This document shows, piece after piece, positions 20,365-32,612 of a stretch of 64,000 bases of DNA. The notes beneath the pieces were generated by a model that was not told the DNA's origin, ran no database searches, and saw only the letters and a list, made by a program, of their open reading frames with translations. The first letter of the stretch is position 1. Each line of letters opens with the position of its first letter. Made by a program: the position numbers and the translations under genes. The stretch covers positions 6,699-70,698 of the forward strand of contig JBELBV010000006.1 of NCBI GenBank assembly GCA_042095135.1. The letters run 5' to 3'. Source of the stretch: Flavobacteriales bacterium. Lineage in GTDB: Bacteria; Bacteroidota; Bacteroidia; Flavobacteriales_D; Sanyastnellaceae.

Positions 20365-20811
20365 TTATGCTTCGGTTGCTTCACCGCCAGCTGCTTCGAT
20401 GGCAGCCTTTGCAGATGCTGAAAATTTGTGCGCTGTTACAGGTACACCTGTCTTCAATTCTCCTCGTCCGAGGATCTTGACCAAATCACGCTTTCCGGCG
20501 AGGCCGTTTTCCATGATGTCGTTAAGGGTAACTGCTTTGAGCTTCTTGCGGTCAATCAATTCCTGGAGGGTGTCCAAGTTGATGCCCTTGTACTCCACAC
20601 GGTTCGGGTTGGTGAAACCGAACTTGGGTACGCGGCGCTGAAGCGGCTGTTGGCCACCTTCAAAACCGATTTTGCTCTTGTAGCCGGAACGAGACTTCGC
20701 GCCTTTGTGACCACGTGTAGAGGTGCCTCCGTGACCGGAGCCTTCACCGCGACCAACTCGCTTGCGCTGTTTCCGAGAACCATCTGCTGGCTTGAGATTG
20801 CTGAGATTCAT
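20365..20811 (-). CDS. rplO: 50S ribosomal protein L15
   Basis: MNLSNLKPADGSRKQRKRVGRGEGSGHGGTSTRGHKG... Confidence 0.96.
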   Translation of the reverse strand: MNLSNLKPADGSRKQRKRVGRGEGSGHGGTSTRGHKGAKSRSGYKSKIGFEGGQQPLQRRVPKFGFTNPNRVEYKGINLDTLQELIDRKKLKAVTLNDIMENGLAGKRDLVKILGRGELKTGVPVTAHKFSASAKAAIEAAGGEATEA

Positions 20812-20831
20812 GGCTAATGCTGGTTAATGAT

Positions 20832-21011
20832 TTAAAGTTCTTCGACCGTGACGAGGTGGCTCACCTTTTGGACCATGCCCAAAATCTGTGGTGTGGCCTC
20901 GTGCTCGACCGGATTGTGCAATTTCTTAATTCCGAGGGCCTGGATGGTGGCCTTCTGACGCTTAGGGCGGTTGATCGCACTGCGCACTTGGGTGATTTTG
21001 ATTTTTCCCAT
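20832..21011 (-). CDS. rpmD: 50S ribosomal protein L30 (not in ORF track)
   Basis: Hand translation gives [59 protein letters not shown]. 59 aa, between rpsE and rplO. Confidence 0.92.
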   Translation of the reverse strand: MGKIKITQVRSAINRPKRQKATIQALGIKKLHNPVEHEATPQILGMVQKVSHLVTVEEL

Positions 21012-21022
21012 GGTATTCGAGA

Positions 21023-21562
21023 TTAACCGTTAAACACTTTGTGTACAGAGATGCCACGCAATTGAGCGATGTCCTTGGCGCTTCGCAATTCCTGCAGAGC
21101 ATTGAACGTTGCCTTCACAACGTTGTGCGGATTGCTCGAACCCAGTGACTTAGCGAGTACATCCTTGATACCTGCGCTTTCCAACACAGCACGCATCGCA
21201 CCACCGGCGATTACGCCAGTACCTGGGGATGCAGGGCGGATCATGACGTGCGCGCCGGCGAACTTCATCTCCTGCGCGTGTGGGATGGTGCCGTTCACCA
21301 ATGGAACTTCAACCATATTCTTCTTCGCGTCCTCGATGCCTTTCTGGATGGAAGTTGCCACCTCACGGCTCTTGCCCAATCCGTGACCTACACGGCCCTT
21401 CTCGTCACCGACGACCATGATTGAGCTGAAGCTAAACGTACGGCCACCTTTTGTGGTCTTTGCAACACGGTTGATACCAACCAAGCGCTCCTTCAAATCC
21501 GGATCACCGGTTCGCGATTGCTGCTGGTTGTCGCGTCCTTTTCGTTGTTGACGTTGTTCCAT
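21023..21562 (-). CDS. rpsE: 30S ribosomal protein S5
   Basis: ...[24 protein letters not shown].... 179 aa with a short Gln/Arg-rich N-terminal extension. Confidence 0.95.
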   Translation of the reverse strand: MEQRQQRKGRDNQQQSRTGDPDLKERLVGINRVAKTTKGGRTFSFSSIMVVGDEKGRVGHGLGKSREVATSIQKGIEDAKKNMVEVPLVNGTIPHAQEMKFAGAHVMIRPASPGTGVIAGGAMRAVLESAGIKDVLAKSLGSSNPHNVVKATFNALQELRSAKDIAQLRGISVHKVFNG

Positions 21563-21568
21563 CTTTCC

Positions 21569-21919
21569 TTAGAATTTGAGCCCGGCTTCGCGAGCAGCTT
21601 CTGCCAGGGACTTCACCCGGCCGTGATACAAATAGCCGTTTCGATCAAAAACGACGGATTCAATTCCCGCAGCCTTGGCCTTTTCTGCGATCATCTGACC
21701 AACGGCAGCAGCTTGGTCCAGCTTGGGGCCTTTCGCGTCGTCAGCGCCCAATGAACCCGCTGCAGCCAACGTACGACCTGCGCGGTCGTCAATGATCTGT
21801 GCGTAGATCTGCTTGTTGCTTCGGAAAACAGACAACCGGGGGCATTCCGAAGTACCGTGGATTTTACCACGTACACGGCGCTTGATGCGGTTGCGAGCGA
21901 ATGATTTTTTCGTTCCCAT
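21569..21919 (-). CDS. rplR: 50S ribosomal protein L18
   Basis: 116 aa. ...[19 protein letters not shown]... Confidence 0.96.
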   Translation of the reverse strand: MGTKKSFARNRIKRRVRGKIHGTSECPRLSVFRSNKQIYAQIIDDRAGRTLAAAGSLGADDAKGPKLDQAAAVGQMIAEKAKAAGIESVVFDRNGYLYHGRVKSLAEAAREAGLKF

Positions 21920-21928
21920 GGTTCTCTC

Positions 21929-22480
21929 TTATTTAGCGGCGGTCTTACCAGCCTTGCGACGAATCTGTTCGCCGGCGTAACGTACACCCTTGCCTTTGTA
22001 AGGCTCAGGCTTGCGCAACGAGCGAATTTTCGCGGCCACCGTACCGATGAGCTGCTTATCGTGCGAGGTCAATTCTACGTATGGGTTCTCACCCTTTTTC
22101 GTTTCTGCTTTCAGCTTAATCTCCTCGGGCAAACGCATGATGATTTGGTGGCTGAAGCCCAGCGCCAATGTCAAGTCTTGTCCTGCTGAAGAGGCACGGA
22201 AACCGACACCGACCAATTCCAAACGAATCAAATACCCGTTCGTAACACCTTCGATCATGTTGTTCACCAAGGCGCGGTACAAACCGTGCTTTGAGCGGTA
22301 CTCCTTGTGATCAGAAGGGCGCGTAAAAGTCAAAACATTGTCGTTCAACTCCACACCGATCTCTGAAGCGATGGTCTGCTCCAATTCCCCTTTGGGGCCC
22401 TTTACCTTGATTGAATCACCATCAATCGTCACTGTGACGCCTGCTGGTACTTCAATGGGTGCTTTTCCTATCCGTGACAT
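21929..22480 (-). CDS. rplF: 50S ribosomal protein L6
   Basis: MSRIGKAPIEVPAGVTVTIDG... Confidence 0.96.
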   Translation of the reverse strand: MSRIGKAPIEVPAGVTVTIDGDSIKVKGPKGELEQTIASEIGVELNDNVLTFTRPSDHKEYRSKHGLYRALVNNMIEGVTNGYLIRLELVGVGFRASSAGQDLTLALGFSHQIIMRLPEEIKLKAETKKGENPYVELTSHDKQLIGTVAAKIRSLRKPEPYKGKGVRYAGEQIRRKAGKTAAK

Positions 22481-22498
22481 AATGCTATTCCTTTCTTA

Positions 22499-22897
22499 TC
22501 AGTAAACGGTGCAGATGACTTCACCTCCGATGTTCATCTTGCGCGCTTCTTTATCGGTCATCAAACCCTTAGAAGTGCTCACGATGCAAACACCGAGGCC
22601 GTTGAGTACGCGTGGGAGATCGCCCGAGCCCGCGTATTGGCGCAGTCCTGGTGTTGAAACACGCTGCAATTCAGTAATGGCAGGACGCTTGGTCTTGCTG
22701 TCGTAACGCAATGCAATCTTGATGGTGCCTTGGTAGCCCTCTTCATCAAACTTGAAGTTGAGGATGTAACCCTTGTCAAAGAGAATTCGGGTCATCTCCT
22801 TCTTCATATTGGAAGCTGGAATCTCCACGACTTTGTGACCGGCCATCTGCGCGTTGCGGATGCGAGTCAGGTAATCTGCGATCGGATCAGTATTCAT
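22499..22897 (-). CDS. rpsH: 30S ribosomal protein S8
   Basis: MNTDPIADYLTRIRNAQMAGHK... Confidence 0.96.
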   Translation of the reverse strand: MNTDPIADYLTRIRNAQMAGHKVVEIPASNMKKEMTRILFDKGYILNFKFDEEGYQGTIKIALRYDSKTKRPAITELQRVSTPGLRQYAGSGDLPRVLNGLGVCIVSTSKGLMTDKEARKMNIGGEVICTVY

Positions 22898-22918
22898 AAT
22901 CTTCAGTCTATTCGTGGG

Positions 22919-23188
22919 TTACCAACTTGCTTTCTTAACGCCTGGAATCTTACCAGACAACGCCATCTTTCGGAACAATACACGAGAGACTCCGAACTGA
23001 CGCATGTATCCACGAGGACGGCCCGTGATTTGGCATCGGTTGTGCATGCGCACCGCTGCACTGTTTGGAGGAAGCTTTTGCAGTCCTTCCCAATCACCAG
23101 CAGCTTTCAACGCGGCACGCTTTTCGGCGTACTTGGCTACCATCTTGGCTCGCTTGCGCTCACGCGCTTTCATTGATTCTTTTGCCAT
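22919..23188 (-). CDS. rpsN: 30S ribosomal protein S14 (long, non-zinc form)
   Basis: The tracked ORF extends into rplE. The internal ATG at 23188 gives an 89-aa protein, [20 protein letters not shown]...[11 protein letters not shown], starting just after the rplE stop. Confidence 0.93.
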   Translation of the reverse strand: MAKESMKARERKRAKMVAKYAEKRAALKAAGDWEGLQKLPPNSAAVRMHNRCQITGRPRGYMRQFGVSRVLFRKMALSGKIPGVKKASW

Positions 23189-23192
23189 CTTA

Positions 23193-23744
23193 CTACTTTT
23201 TGAAAGGGAAGCCGAATCCTTCGAGCAACGCTTGCGCTTCCTCATCGGTATTCGCTGATGTGACAATCGTGATATCCATTCCGTTGAAGAACTTCACCTC
23301 GTCGAGGCTAATCTCCGGGAAAATGACCTGTTCCTTCACACCAAAGGTGAAGTTTCCGCGGCCATCAAACCCCTTCGCCTTCACCCCTTGGAAATCACGG
23401 GTACGAGGCAATGAAATGGCTATTAGACGATCCAAAAATTCATACATGCGATCGCGGCGCAGTGTCACGCGTGAACCGATTGGCATGCCCTTACGCAACT
23501 TAAAGTTCGACACGTCCTTGGTCGAGATGGTTTTCACCGCCTTCTGACCGGCCACACGTGTCATCTCCTCTGTGGAGTACTCAACAATCTTCTTATCGGC
23601 AATAGCTTTTCCGAGGCCTTGGTTCAGGCAAATCTTGGTGACGCGGGGTACCTGCATCACACTCTTGTACTCAAAGCGCTCCTTGAGCGAGGGTACAATT
23701 TCCTCAGCGTACTGAGTCTGGAGTCTTGGAACGTAACTCATCAC
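23193..23744 (-). CDS. rplE: 50S ribosomal protein L5
   Basis: 183 aa. ...[17 protein letters not shown]... Confidence 0.96.
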   Translation of the reverse strand: MMSYVPRLQTQYAEEIVPSLKERFEYKSVMQVPRVTKICLNQGLGKAIADKKIVEYSTEEMTRVAGQKAVKTISTKDVSNFKLRKGMPIGSRVTLRRDRMYEFLDRLIAISLPRTRDFQGVKAKGFDGRGNFTFGVKEQVIFPEISLDEVKFFNGMDITIVTSANTDEEAQALLEGFGFPFKK

Positions 23745-24061
23745 TTCAGTTCCTCATTGGTTTTCTTAGAATAACGAACAAGCTTTCCATCGTCTCCACG
23801 ACGACGTCCAACTCGGGTCGCGTTGCCGGCGGCGTCAACCACCATCACATTTGAAATGTGGATGCCCGCTTCGATACTTTCGATGCCACCTTGTGGATTC
23901 GCAGGACCAGGCTTCACATGCTTCTTCACCATGTTGATGCCCTCGATTTTCACGCGATCTGACTTGCGGTCAACCGACAACACAGTTCCCTGCTTGCCTT
24001 TGCTTCCGCCTGAAATCACCTTTACGGTATCTCCTTTTTTGACTTTTACTCGCTTAAACAT
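23741..24061 (-). CDS. rplX: 50S ribosomal protein L24
   Basis: The internal ATG at 24061 gives [27 protein letters not shown]..., downstream of the rplN stop. 4-nt overlap with rplE. Confidence 0.93.
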   Translation of the reverse strand: MFKRVKVKKGDTVKVISGGSKGKQGTVLSVDRKSDRVKIEGINMVKKHVKPGPANPQGGIESIEAGIHISNVMVVDAAGNATRVGRRRGDDGKLVRYSKKTNEELK

Positions 24062-24071
24062 GGTCTTCGAA

Positions 24072-24440
24072 TTAAAGCACCTCAGGGGCAAGTGAAACAA
24101 TTTTCATGAAGTCCTTCTCACGGAGTTCACGGGCCACAGGGCCGAAAATTCGTGTGCCGCGCATTTCACCGTTGGCGTTCAACAACACGATGGCGTTGTC
24201 GTCAAAACGGATGTACGACCCGTCTGCACGTCGGACGGCCTTTTTGGTGCGGACCACCACCCCTTTCGAGACGGCTCCTTTTTTGATGTTACCGTTTGGC
24301 GTGGCTGCCTTGACAGTCACAACTACGGTATCCCCGATGCTTGCATATCGCCGACGTGTACCACCCAACACCCGGATGCAAAGGACCTCCTTTGCTCCGC
24401 TGTTGTCAGCCACCTTCATGCGGGATTCTTGTTGTATCAT
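24072..24440 (-). CDS. rplN: 50S ribosomal protein L14
   Basis: [27 protein letters not shown]... Confidence 0.97.
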   Translation of the reverse strand: MIQQESRMKVADNSGAKEVLCIRVLGGTRRRYASIGDTVVVTVKAATPNGNIKKGAVSKGVVVRTKKAVRRADGSYIRFDDNAIVLLNANGEMRGTRIFGPVARELREKDFMKIVSLAPEVL

Positions 24441-24474
24441 CTTCTGGTTTCTTTCGCTTTATACTCCTCCAGGA

Positions 24475-24750
24475 TTACTTCGCACGCTCGATTACCTCGA
24501 CCAATCGCCAGCACTTACGCTTGCTCATTGGTCGCGTCTCCATGATGCGAACCGTATCTCCGATGTTGCAGGTATCTGCCTCATCATGAGCCATGAACTT
24601 GCTCGTCTTCTTGACGAACTTTCCATACTTGACGTGCTTCTCCTTCCGCTCCACGGTTACAGTGATGCTCTTGGTCATGGAATTGGACGTAACAACGCCA
24701 ATTCGCTCCTTGCGCAGGTTGCGCTCCAATGGTGTGCTTTCAGTGCTCAT
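24475..24750 (-). CDS. rpsQ: 30S ribosomal protein S17
   Basis: 91 aa. ...[27 protein letters not shown]... Confidence 0.95.
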   Translation of the reverse strand: MSTESTPLERNLRKERIGVVTSNSMTKSITVTVERKEKHVKYGKFVKKTSKFMAHDEADTCNIGDTVRIMETRPMSKRKCWRLVEVIERAK

Positions 24751-24947
24751 GAGTTCGCGTTCTTACGTGCATTCAATTCAGTCAACAGGCGCGCAACATC
24801 GCGCTTCTTGTATTTGAGAGCGGTCGTGGACTCCAGACCGGATACGGTGTGGTTGAACCGCAGTTTCTCGAGTGCTTCGCGCTCCACCTCAATGCGCTCC
24901 TGCAAATCGGAGTCAGAGAGTTGTCGGATTTCAGTCATTTCAATCAT
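24747..24947 (-). CDS. rpmC: 50S ribosomal protein L29
   Basis: [33 protein letters not shown].... The ATG at 24947 overlaps the rplP TGA. The ATG at 24938 is an alternative start. Confidence 0.88.
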   Translation of the reverse strand: MIEMTEIRQLSDSDLQERIEVEREALEKLRFNHTVSGLESTTALKYKKRDVARLLTELNARKNANS

Positions 24948-25366
24948 CACTCTGCATAATCTGGGCGTGTGACAAACTTGCACTTCACGGGCAACTTCTG
25001 TGCTCCGAGACGCAAGGCTTCTTGTGCGGTTTCCATAGGAACACCGTCAACTTCAAACATCAATCGACCTGGACGAACAGGAGCTACCCAGTGGCTAGGG
25101 GCACCTTTACCCTTACCCATACGTACCTCGGCAGGCTTCGATGTGATGGGCTTGTCCGGGAAGATTCGAATCCACACTTGACCTTCACGCTTCATGTAGC
25201 GGGTGATCGCGATACGTGCAGCTTCGATCTGACGAGAAGTGATGAATCCCACCTCCATCGTCTTGATTCCGAATGTTCCATATGCCAAGGTGCTTCCGCG
25301 GTACGCCAATCCGCGTACCCGGCCCTTTTGCATCTTTCTGAATTTCGTTCTTTTCGGCTGTAGCAT
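24947..25366 (-). CDS. rplP: 50S ribosomal protein L16
   Basis: [16 protein letters not shown]... Confidence 0.97.
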   Translation of the reverse strand: MLQPKRTKFRKMQKGRVRGLAYRGSTLAYGTFGIKTMEVGFITSRQIEAARIAITRYMKREGQVWIRIFPDKPITSKPAEVRMGKGKGAPSHWVAPVRPGRLMFEVDGVPMETAQEALRLGAQKLPVKCKFVTRPDYAE

Positions 25367-25381
25367 GATCTAACTCTTCTA

Positions 25382-26101
25382 TCAGTTGCGCGAACGACGG
25401 CGACCTCCGCCTTGACGGCCTCCGCCGCGGCGGTCGTTCGATTGCTTTTGTGGTGGGATGGGCGACAAGTCCTTCTTGCCGTAAATCTCACCTCGGCAGA
25501 TCCAGCACTTGATGCCGATGCGTCCGTAGGTGGTGTGTGCTTCCATCAATGCATAGTCGATGTCTGCACGGAACGTGTGCAATGGAATGCGGCCTTCTTT
25601 GTAGGACTCAGAACGCGCGATTTCCGCACCGTTCACACGGCCTGCAATGTTGATCTTGATTCCCTCAGCACCCAAGCGCATGGTACCCGCGATGGCCATC
25701 TTGATGGCACGGCGGTGTGAGATACGCGCTTCGATTTGACGGGCGATGCTCTCGGCGACGAGCTTGGCATCCAACTCAGGACGCTTGATCTCGAAGATGT
25801 TGATTTGCACCTCCTTTCCTGTCAATTTTTTCAATTCTTCGCGGAGCTTGTCCACTTCCTGACCTCCTTTACCGATGATGACACCGGGGCGGGCAGACTT
25901 CACAGTCACCGTGACCAACTTGAGCGTGCGCTCAATGATGATGTTGGAAACGCTTGCTTTACGCAATCGAGCCAACAAGTACTCACGGATTCTCTCATCT
26001 TCCACAAGCTTATCCTTGTAGTCATTGCCTCCGTACCAATTCGAGTCCCATCCACGGATGAACCCAAGTCGATTTCCAATTGGATTTGTTTTCTGTCCCA
26101 T
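25382..26101 (-). CDS. rpsC: 30S ribosomal protein S3 (with Arg/Gly-rich C-terminal tail)
   Basis: [23 protein letters not shown].... The tail is ...[20 protein letters not shown]. Confidence 0.96.
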   Translation of the reverse strand: MGQKTNPIGNRLGFIRGWDSNWYGGNDYKDKLVEDERIREYLLARLRKASVSNIIIERTLKLVTVTVKSARPGVIIGKGGQEVDKLREELKKLTGKEVQINIFEIKRPELDAKLVAESIARQIEARISHRRAIKMAIAGTMRLGAEGIKINIAGRVNGAEIARSESYKEGRIPLHTFRADIDYALMEAHTTYGRIGIKCWICRGEIYGKKDLSPIPPQKQSNDRRGGGRQGGGRRRSRN

Positions 26102-26104
26102 GGT

Positions 26105-26503
26105 TTAGCTTTTGACGGAGTCTACGATGATGGTTACGTGGTTGCTGCGCTTGCGAATGCGGTGAGCACGGCCTTGGGGAGCAGTCTGAAGACGCTTCAA
26201 CATGCGCGCACTGTCCACCTTCACTTCGCGAACAATCAAATCTGATTCTTCCGGATTAACACCGGCGTTTTTGGCTTCCCAGTTTGCAATTGCCGACCGG
26301 AGTAACTTCTCCAAACGGTTGGACGCCTCCTGAGGGCTGAACTTCAAAATGTTCAACGCCTGGAACACATCCTTACCGCGCACCGAGTCAGCGACCAAAC
26401 GCATCTTCCGTGGGGACGTCGGACAGTTGTTGAGCTTCGCGATGGCGATGCTCTTCATTTCTTCCTTTCGCGCTTCTGCAGCGAGTCGTTTACGTTTTCC
26501 CAT
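26105..26503 (-). CDS. rplV: 50S ribosomal protein L22
   Basis: 132 aa. ...[17 protein letters not shown]... Confidence 0.95.
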   Translation of the reverse strand: MGKRKRLAAEARKEEMKSIAIAKLNNCPTSPRKMRLVADSVRGKDVFQALNILKFSPQEASNRLEKLLRSAIANWEAKNAGVNPEESDLIVREVKVDSARMLKRLQTAPQGRAHRIRKRSNHVTIIVDSVKS

Positions 26504-26508
26504 GGCTA

Positions 26509-26784
26509 TTATCGCTTCTTGTCCTTCTTATCCGCGTGACCACGGAATGTGCGGGTGGGTGAGAATTCTCCAAGCTTGTGACCTACCATGTTTTCCGTTA
26601 CGAAAACAGGGATGAACTGCCGGCCGTTGTGCACAGCAACTGTCAAACCGACAAAATCAGGCGTGATAGTACTAGAACGAGACCAAGTCTTGATCACGGA
26701 CTTTTTGCCCGATGCTTGCATCGCTTCAACACGATGGTTGAGCTTGTAGTGAACAAATGGGGGTTTCTTAAGTGAACGAGACAT
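26509..26784 (-). CDS. rpsS: 30S ribosomal protein S19
   Basis: [15 protein letters not shown]...[16 protein letters not shown]. Confidence 0.97.
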   Translation of the reverse strand: MSRSLKKPPFVHYKLNHRVEAMQASGKKSVIKTWSRSSTITPDFVGLTVAVHNGRQFIPVFVTENMVGHKLGEFSPTRTFRGHADKKDKKR

Positions 26785-26789
26785 GGCTA

Positions 26790-27611
26790 TTATTTCTTGC
26801 GGCGTTCGATGATATACTTCGAGCTACTCTTACGCTTGTTGCGGGTTTTGTAGCCCTTCGCTGGGAGGCCCTTTCGTGAACGCGGGTGTCCACCTGAAGA
26901 GCGGCCCTCGCCACCACCCATGGGGTGATCGACAGGGTTCATGACCACACCACGTACACGTGGGCGGCGTCCCAACCAGCGCGAACGACCGGCCTTACCT
27001 GAGACCTGGAGGTTGTGCTCGGAGTTGCTTACGGACCCTATGACGGCGAGGCATGTCACTAAGATCATACGGGTTTCACCGCTAGGCAACTTGACGATAG
27101 CGTACTTGCCATCACGGGCGTTCAACTGGGCGTAAGACCCGGCACTTCGAGCTAGTGCAGCTCCTTTGCCGGGGTACAATTCGATGTTGTGAATGACCGT
27201 ACCCAGTGGGATGTCAGACAAATACATCGCGTGACCCACGTCTGGAGTGGCTTTCTTACCGCTGTTGATCTTCATGCCTGGCTTGAGGCCCTGAGGAGCA
27301 ACGATGTAACGCTTCTCTCCGTCGGTGTATTCCACCAAGCAGATGCGCGCTGAACGGTTTGGATCGTACTCGACCGTCAAGACGGTGGCTTCCGTGTGCT
27401 TGTCTCGCTTGAAATCAATCAAACGGTAACGACGCTTGTGGCCACCTCCGCGGTAACGCATGGTCATTTTACCATCTCCATTTCGTCCGCCTGACTTCTT
27501 CAAGGGGCGCAGCAATGGCTTGTGAGGCTTGTCCGCTGTAATGTCGTCGAACGTCGACAACACTTTGTGGCGGGTGCCTGGGGTAATGGGGTTGAATTTA
27601 CGAAGTGCCAT
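26790..27611 (-). CDS. rplB: 50S ribosomal protein L2
   Basis: The internal ATG at 27611 gives [17 protein letters not shown]..., just after the rplW stop at 27616. Confidence 0.95.
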   Translation of the reverse strand: MALRKFNPITPGTRHKVLSTFDDITADKPHKPLLRPLKKSGGRNGDGKMTMRYRGGGHKRRYRLIDFKRDKHTEATVLTVEYDPNRSARICLVEYTDGEKRYIVAPQGLKPGMKINSGKKATPDVGHAMYLSDIPLGTVIHNIELYPGKGAALARSAGSYAQLNARDGKYAIVKLPSGETRMILVTCLAVIGSVSNSEHNLQVSGKAGRSRWLGRRPRVRGVVMNPVDHPMGGGEGRSSGGHPRSRKGLPAKGYKTRNKRKSSSKYIIERRKK

Positions 27612-27615
27612 TTGC

Positions 27616-27909
27616 TTAGATGTTCTCGTAGAAGTCAATCATTTCTCCTTCGGCCAAGCTGACGATGGCCTTCTTATAACCGACTGTACGTCCTTTGATG
27701 ATGCCAGTCTTGGTGTAACGCTGGCGGCGCTTGCCGTCAACACGCAGCGTTCGAACAGAAGTCACGGTTACACCGAACTCCTTCTCTACTGCTTTCTTAA
27801 TCTCCACCTTATTCGCACCGTCCGCGACAACAAAGCCGTAGGCGTTGTTCTTCTCGGTATCGGCGGTCATCTTCTCGGTGATGAGGGGCTTAACTAAAAT
27901 CTGTGACAT
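27616..27909 (-). CDS. rplW: 50S ribosomal protein L23
   Basis: [15 protein letters not shown]... Confidence 0.95.
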   Translation of the reverse strand: MSQILVKPLITEKMTADTEKNNAYGFVVADGANKVEIKKAVEKEFGVTVTSVRTLRVDGKRRQRYTKTGIIKGRTVGYKKAIVSLAEGEMIDFYENI

Positions 27910-27917
27910 GACGATTC

Positions 27918-28547
27918 TTATTTGAGCATTCCCTCGATCACCTTGTGGGCATCGTCCACGAAGATGAGGGTGTTACAATTCATGATGTCGTACGTGCTGA
28001 GGTCACTCGCGACCATCACCCGGTGCTTGGGAAGGTTGCGGCTGCTCATGTACACATTCGTATTGGGGGTAGACAAGATCATCAACGTCTTGCTGTCCGA
28101 CACCTTCAATCCTTCCATGAGGCCAGCGAAGTCTTTTGTCTTTGGGGCATCCATCTTGATTCCCTCAACGACCATGATCGCCTTCTCTTTGGCTTTGTAG
28201 CTCAGCGCGCTGCGACGAGCCAATTGCTTCACCTTGTGGTTGAGCTTTTGGGTGTAGTCGCGTGGTTCTGGACCGAATACGGTACCACCTCCACGGAACA
28301 ATGGGTTCTTGATAGAGCCGGCACGCGCTGTACCTGTACCTTTTTGCTTTTTGATTTTTCGGGTTGAACCGGAAACCAATCCACGGTGCAAGGTGTCGTG
28401 CGTGCCCTGGCGCTGTGCAGCCTGGAATCGCTTAACATCGAGGTAGATCGCGTGATCGTTGGGCTCGATGCCGAATACCGCCTTGTTCAACGTTACCGAC
28501 TTGTCGGTCTTTGAACCTTTGGAGTTGTAAACATCTACTTTCATCAC
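27918..28547 (-). CDS. rplD: 50S ribosomal protein L4
   Basis: 209 aa. ...[25 protein letters not shown]... Confidence 0.96.
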   Translation of the reverse strand: MMKVDVYNSKGSKTDKSVTLNKAVFGIEPNDHAIYLDVKRFQAAQRQGTHDTLHRGLVSGSTRKIKKQKGTGTARAGSIKNPLFRGGGTVFGPEPRDYTQKLNHKVKQLARRSALSYKAKEKAIMVVEGIKMDAPKTKDFAGLMEGLKVSDSKTLMILSTPNTNVYMSSRNLPKHRVMVASDLSTYDIMNCNTLIFVDDAHKVIEGMLK

Positions 28548-29173
28548 GCTTCTGGTTTACGGATTACAACAGTTGAACCTTTGTGACCAGGCACGGCTCC
28601 CTTCACAACCATGACGCCTTCTTCAGGAAGAATCTTCACGATTTCGAGGTTTTCGATTGTCACTCGTGTGTTACCCATTTGACCGGCCATGCGCATGCCT
28701 TTGAAGACACGTGCAGGGGTGGAGGCTGCGCCGATTGAACCCGGAGCGCGCAGGCGGTTGTGCTGGCCGTGTGTGGCTTGACCCACACCGCCAAAACCGT
28801 GGCGCTTAACGACACCTTGGAAGCCTTTACCTTTTGACTTACCCACCACAGAGACGTACTCGCCTTCGTTGAAGATTTCTTCAACTTTGAGTTCATCACC
28901 TGCTTGGTGTTCTTCGGCGAATCCTTTGAATTCAACCAATTTTCGCATGAGGCCCACGCCAGCGCGTTTGAAATGGCCTTGCAACGCTTTGGATGTGCGC
29001 TTTTCAGAGCGCTCACCATAGCCGAGCTGAATGGCTTCGTAGCCATCCTTCTCCAGGGTACGAACTTGCGTCACGACGCAAGGACCAACTTCTAAAACGG
29101 TGCATGGGACGTTCTTCCCAGAGGCATTGTAGACGCTGGTCATACCTAACTTCTTCCCTATGAGTCCGGGCAT
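28544..29173 (-). CDS. rplC: 50S ribosomal protein L3
   Basis: [15 protein letters not shown]... Confidence 0.97.
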   Translation of the reverse strand: MPGLIGKKLGMTSVYNASGKNVPCTVLEVGPCVVTQVRTLEKDGYEAIQLGYGERSEKRTSKALQGHFKRAGVGLMRKLVEFKGFAEEHQAGDELKVEEIFNEGEYVSVVGKSKGKGFQGVVKRHGFGGVGQATHGQHNRLRAPGSIGAASTPARVFKGMRMAGQMGNTRVTIENLEIVKILPEEGVMVVKGAVPGHKGSTVVIRKPEA

Positions 29174-29213
29174 GATTTCGGTGTTTTTGTTTTGCGTTAG
29201 TTAAAAATTCCCG

Positions 29214-29519
29214 TCAGACCTTGATTTCCACTTCAACGCCACTTGGAAGCTCCAAGCGCATCAACGCGTCAACGGTCTTTGAGGATGAACTGTAGATATC
29301 AATCAATCGCTTGTAAGCGTTCAATTCGAATTGCTCACGTGACTTTTTGTTCACGTGGGGTGAACGCAATACGGTGTAAATACGCTGGTGAGTTGGCAGT
29401 GGAACGGGTCCGCTGATTACAGCACCGGTGGTCTTCACCGTCTTGACAATCTTCTCTGCCGACTTGTCGACGAGGTTGTGATCGTAGGACTTGAGTTTGA
29501 TTCGGATTTTTTGCGTCAT
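29214..29519 (-). CDS. rpsJ: 30S ribosomal protein S10
   Basis: [18 protein letters not shown]... Confidence 0.97.
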   Translation of the reverse strand: MTQKIRIKLKSYDHNLVDKSAEKIVKTVKTTGAVISGPVPLPTHQRIYTVLRSPHVNKKSREQFELNAYKRLIDIYSSSSKTVDALMRLELPSGVEVEIKV

Positions 29520-29531
29520 CTTACTTCTTTA

Positions 29532-31637
29532 TTAGCCGTTGCCTTGCGCTTCAGCGATCACTTTTTCTTGAATACTGTTTGGAGCCTGTGCGTAGTGGCT
29601 GAATGACATCGATGATGTCGCACGGCCTGAAGTCAACGTACGCAAGTCAGTCACATAACCGAACATTTCAGACAAAGGCACCTTCGCGTTAACGATGGTC
29701 TTGCCTGAACGCTCACCTGTTCCCTCGATGAGGGCACGGCGCTTGTTCAAGTCACCGATGACGTCACCCATGTTCTCGTCGGGGGTAACCACCTCCAACT
29801 GCATCATGGGCTCCAAAATCTTAGGCTGGCAGCTCTTCACTGCGTTGCGGTAAGCCATTTTCGCTGCGAGTTCGAACGACAACTGATCCGAGTCAACCGC
29901 GTGGAACGAACCGTCCACTAACTCAACAGCCATGCTGTCCATTTGGTAGCCAGCCAACACACCGTTCTTCATGGCTTCTTCGAACCCTTTCTGAACAGAA
30001 GGAACGAATTCCTTTGGTACGTTACCGCCTTTCACCGAGTTCTTGAATACCAAGCCAGCCTCCTCCGGAGTTGGCGATGGGCCAATTTTGACGATGATGT
30101 CCGCAAACTTACCACGTCCGCCGGACTGCTTCTTGTACACTTCACGGTGATCAGTGTTGCCGAAGATGGCCTCCTTGTAATTTACCTGAGGCGCGCCCTG
30201 GTTGCATTCCACCTTGAACTCACGACGCAAACGGTCAACGAGTACTTCCAAGTGCAATTCGCCCATTCCCGAGATGACCGTTTGGCCTGTCTCCTCGTCG
30301 GTACGAACGTTGAATGTTGGATCCTCCTCAGACAACTTGGACAAACCGTTGGACAACTTATCGAGGTCTGCTTGTGACTTTGGCTCAACCGCGATACCAA
30401 TTACAGGAGCTGGGAACGACATGCTCTCCAAAACCAATGGTGCGCCTTCAGAGCACAGCGTGTCACCCGTGCGGATGTCTTTAAAGCCTACAACTGCACC
30501 GATGTCCCCGGCTTCGAGTTCATCGATGGGGTTTTGCTTGTTCGAGTGCATTTGGAAGATTCGCGAGATACGCTCCTTCTTTCCGCTTCGCGTATTAATA
30601 ACATAGGAGCCTGCTGGCAACTTTCCAGAATACGCACGCACAAAACAAAGACGACCTACAAATGGATCTGTAGCAATCTTAAACGCCAAGCCAGCGAATG
30701 GCTCTTCTGGGTCCGGCTTGCGCTCGATTTTCACCTCTTCATCATCCACCGCTGTACCGACAATGGCCTCTACGTCATACGGGGAAGGGAGGTACATCAT
30801 GACCGCATCGAGCATGGTCTGTACGCCCTTATTCTTGAAGGCAGAACCGCACAAGAGTGGCGTGATTTCCATACCAATGGTCGCCTTGCGAATCGCCGCA
30901 ATAATCTCATCAGCAGTCAAGCTGTCAGGATCTTCGAAATACTTCTCCATCAAGGCTTCGTCCTGCTCAGCAGCGGCCTCAATCAACAATCCGCGGTACT
31001 CTTCTACAGTATCTACCAAATCGTCCGGAATTGGCACCTCATCCCATGTCATCCCCTTGTCCTCCTCGTTCCAAACGAATGCTTTGTTGGTAATCAAGTC
31101 AACGACTCCTTTGAAGTCATCTTCTGCACCGATGGGTACTTGCAATGGAACAGGACGCGCTCCAAGCATGTCCTTAATCATGCCAACTACATTGAAGAAG
31201 TCTGCACCTGAGCGATCCATCTTGTTGATGAAACCAATCCGTGGAACCTTGTACTTATCCGCCAAACCCCAGTTCGTTTCGGATTGAGGCTCAACACCCG
31301 AAACAGCACAGAACAATGCAACGGCACCATCCAATACACGCAATGAACGCTCTACCTCAACGGTAAAGTCAACGTGGCCCGGGGTATCGATGATGTTGAT
31401 TCGGTATTCCTCGTCATTGAACTTCCAGAAGCAGGTTGTTGCAGCAGAGGTAATCGTAATTCCGCGCTCCTGCTCTTGCTCCATCCAGTCCATGGTGGCC
31501 GCACCGTCGTGCACCTCACCAATTTTGTGTGAGATGCCTGTGTAGTACAGGACGCGCTCAGTAGTTGTGGTCTTACCCGCATCAACGTGAGCCATGATGC
31601 CGATGTTCCGAGTGTAATTGAGGTCTCTTTTAGCCAT
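29532..31637 (-). CDS. fusA: Elongation factor G
   Basis: 701 aa. [29 protein letters not shown]. Full-length EF-G, followed directly by rpsJ with no tuf. Confidence 0.98.
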   Translation of the reverse strand: MAKRDLNYTRNIGIMAHVDAGKTTTTERVLYYTGISHKIGEVHDGAATMDWMEQEQERGITITSAATTCFWKFNDEEYRINIIDTPGHVDFTVEVERSLRVLDGAVALFCAVSGVEPQSETNWGLADKYKVPRIGFINKMDRSGADFFNVVGMIKDMLGARPVPLQVPIGAEDDFKGVVDLITNKAFVWNEEDKGMTWDEVPIPDDLVDTVEEYRGLLIEAAAEQDEALMEKYFEDPDSLTADEIIAAIRKATIGMEITPLLCGSAFKNKGVQTMLDAVMMYLPSPYDVEAIVGTAVDDEEVKIERKPDPEEPFAGLAFKIATDPFVGRLCFVRAYSGKLPAGSYVINTRSGKKERISRIFQMHSNKQNPIDELEAGDIGAVVGFKDIRTGDTLCSEGAPLVLESMSFPAPVIGIAVEPKSQADLDKLSNGLSKLSEEDPTFNVRTDEETGQTVISGMGELHLEVLVDRLRREFKVECNQGAPQVNYKEAIFGNTDHREVYKKQSGGRGKFADIIVKIGPSPTPEEAGLVFKNSVKGGNVPKEFVPSVQKGFEEAMKNGVLAGYQMDSMAVELVDGSFHAVDSDQLSFELAAKMAYRNAVKSCQPKILEPMMQLEVVTPDENMGDVIGDLNKRRALIEGTGERSGKTIVNAKVPLSEMFGYVTDLRTLTSGRATSSMSFSHYAQAPNSIQEKVIAEAQGNG

Positions 31638-31664
31638 GATTGTAAGGCGTATTCAATGCGATTG

Positions 31665-32132
31665 TCAGAAACGGAAGTGTGAGAAAGCTTTGTTCGCTTC
31701 AGCCATGCGGTGCGTGTCTTCCTTCTTCTTGAAGGTTCCACCTTCTTCTTTGGCTGCTGCGATGACCTCACCCGCGAGGCGGTCAGCCATGGACTTTTCG
31801 TTGCGCTTTCGCGCGAAGCTAATCAGCCACTTCATGGCCAAACTCTGCTTGCGCGAATCGCGAATGGGTTGCGGGATCTGGAAGGTAGCACCGCCCACAC
31901 GTCGGCTGCGCACCTCCACCGCTGGAGTTACATTGTCCAAAGCACGTTGGAAGACCTCGAGGCCGTTCTCTTCGGTGCGCTCTTCCACCTTGTCCATGGC
32001 TTTGTAGAAGATGTCGAATGCAACGCTCTTCTTCCCGTCCAACATCAAGTTGTTGACGAAGCTCGTTACGAGGACACTGTCGAATCGAGGATCCGGCAGA
32101 ATCAAATGCTTTTTAGGTACTCTTCTTCTCAT
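31665..32132 (-). CDS. rpsG: 30S ribosomal protein S7
   Basis: 155 aa. ...[25 protein letters not shown]... Confidence 0.97.
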   Translation of the reverse strand: MRRRVPKKHLILPDPRFDSVLVTSFVNNLMLDGKKSVAFDIFYKAMDKVEERTEENGLEVFQRALDNVTPAVEVRSRRVGGATFQIPQPIRDSRKQSLAMKWLISFARKRNEKSMADRLAGEVIAAAKEEGGTFKKKEDTHRMAEANKAFSHFRF

Positions 32133-32138
32133 GACAAA

Positions 32139-32522
32139 TTAGCTCTTGGCTGCTTTAGGCCGCTTGGTTCCATACTTAGATCGACGCTGGGTGCGCCCTT
32201 CAACACCTGCTGTATCCAATGCACCACGAACAATGTGGTAACGCACACCTGGTAAATCCTTCACACGACCGCCACGAACCAGAACGATGCTGTGCTCTTG
32301 GAGGTTGTGTCCTTCACCGCCGATGTAAGCGTTGACCTCGTTGCCATTGGTCAATCGAACACGCGCAACTTTACGCATGGCCGAGTTCGGCTTCTTGGGT
32401 GTAGTAGTGTAGACGCGCACACAAACGCCACGGCGTTGTGGGCAAGAATCCAAGGCGGCAGATTTGCTCGCTTGGGTCTTCGTGATGCGCCCTTTTCGGA
32501 TGAGCTGCTGAATGGTTGGCAT
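32139..32522 (-). CDS. rpsL: 30S ribosomal protein S12
   Basis: [12 protein letters not shown]...[11 protein letters not shown]... Confidence 0.98.
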   Translation of the reverse strand: MPTIQQLIRKGRITKTQASKSAALDSCPQRRGVCVRVYTTTPKKPNSAMRKVARVRLTNGNEVNAYIGGEGHNLQEHSIVLVRGGRVKDLPGVRYHIVRGALDTAGVEGRTQRRSKYGTKRPKAAKS

Positions 32523-32581
32523 TAGACCTATCTATCAGATTACGTGTGTACAAAAACTATTTCCCCAAATTAAAGGGGGTG

Positions 32582-32612
32582 CAAAAGTAGCAGATTTTCT
32601 CTTAAAAGCAAT
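32582..32612 (-). promoter_or_regulatory. Candidate Bacteroidota sigma-A promoter for the rpsL operon (TTG-N19-TACTTTTG)
   Basis: The minus strand reads aTTGcttttaagagaaaatctgcTACTTTTG. TACTTTTG fits the TAnnTTTG -7 box exactly and a TTG lies 19 nt upstream. The box is about 59 nt upstream of the rpsL ATG. Confidence 0.4.

Noticed and set aside
24106-24972. A 288-aa plus-strand ORF running antisense across rplN, rpsQ and rpmC.
   Set aside because: It crosses two intergenic spacers of a universally conserved operon. It has Ser/Arg/Leu-rich composition typical of antisense frames and no motif. It is most simply a chance open frame.
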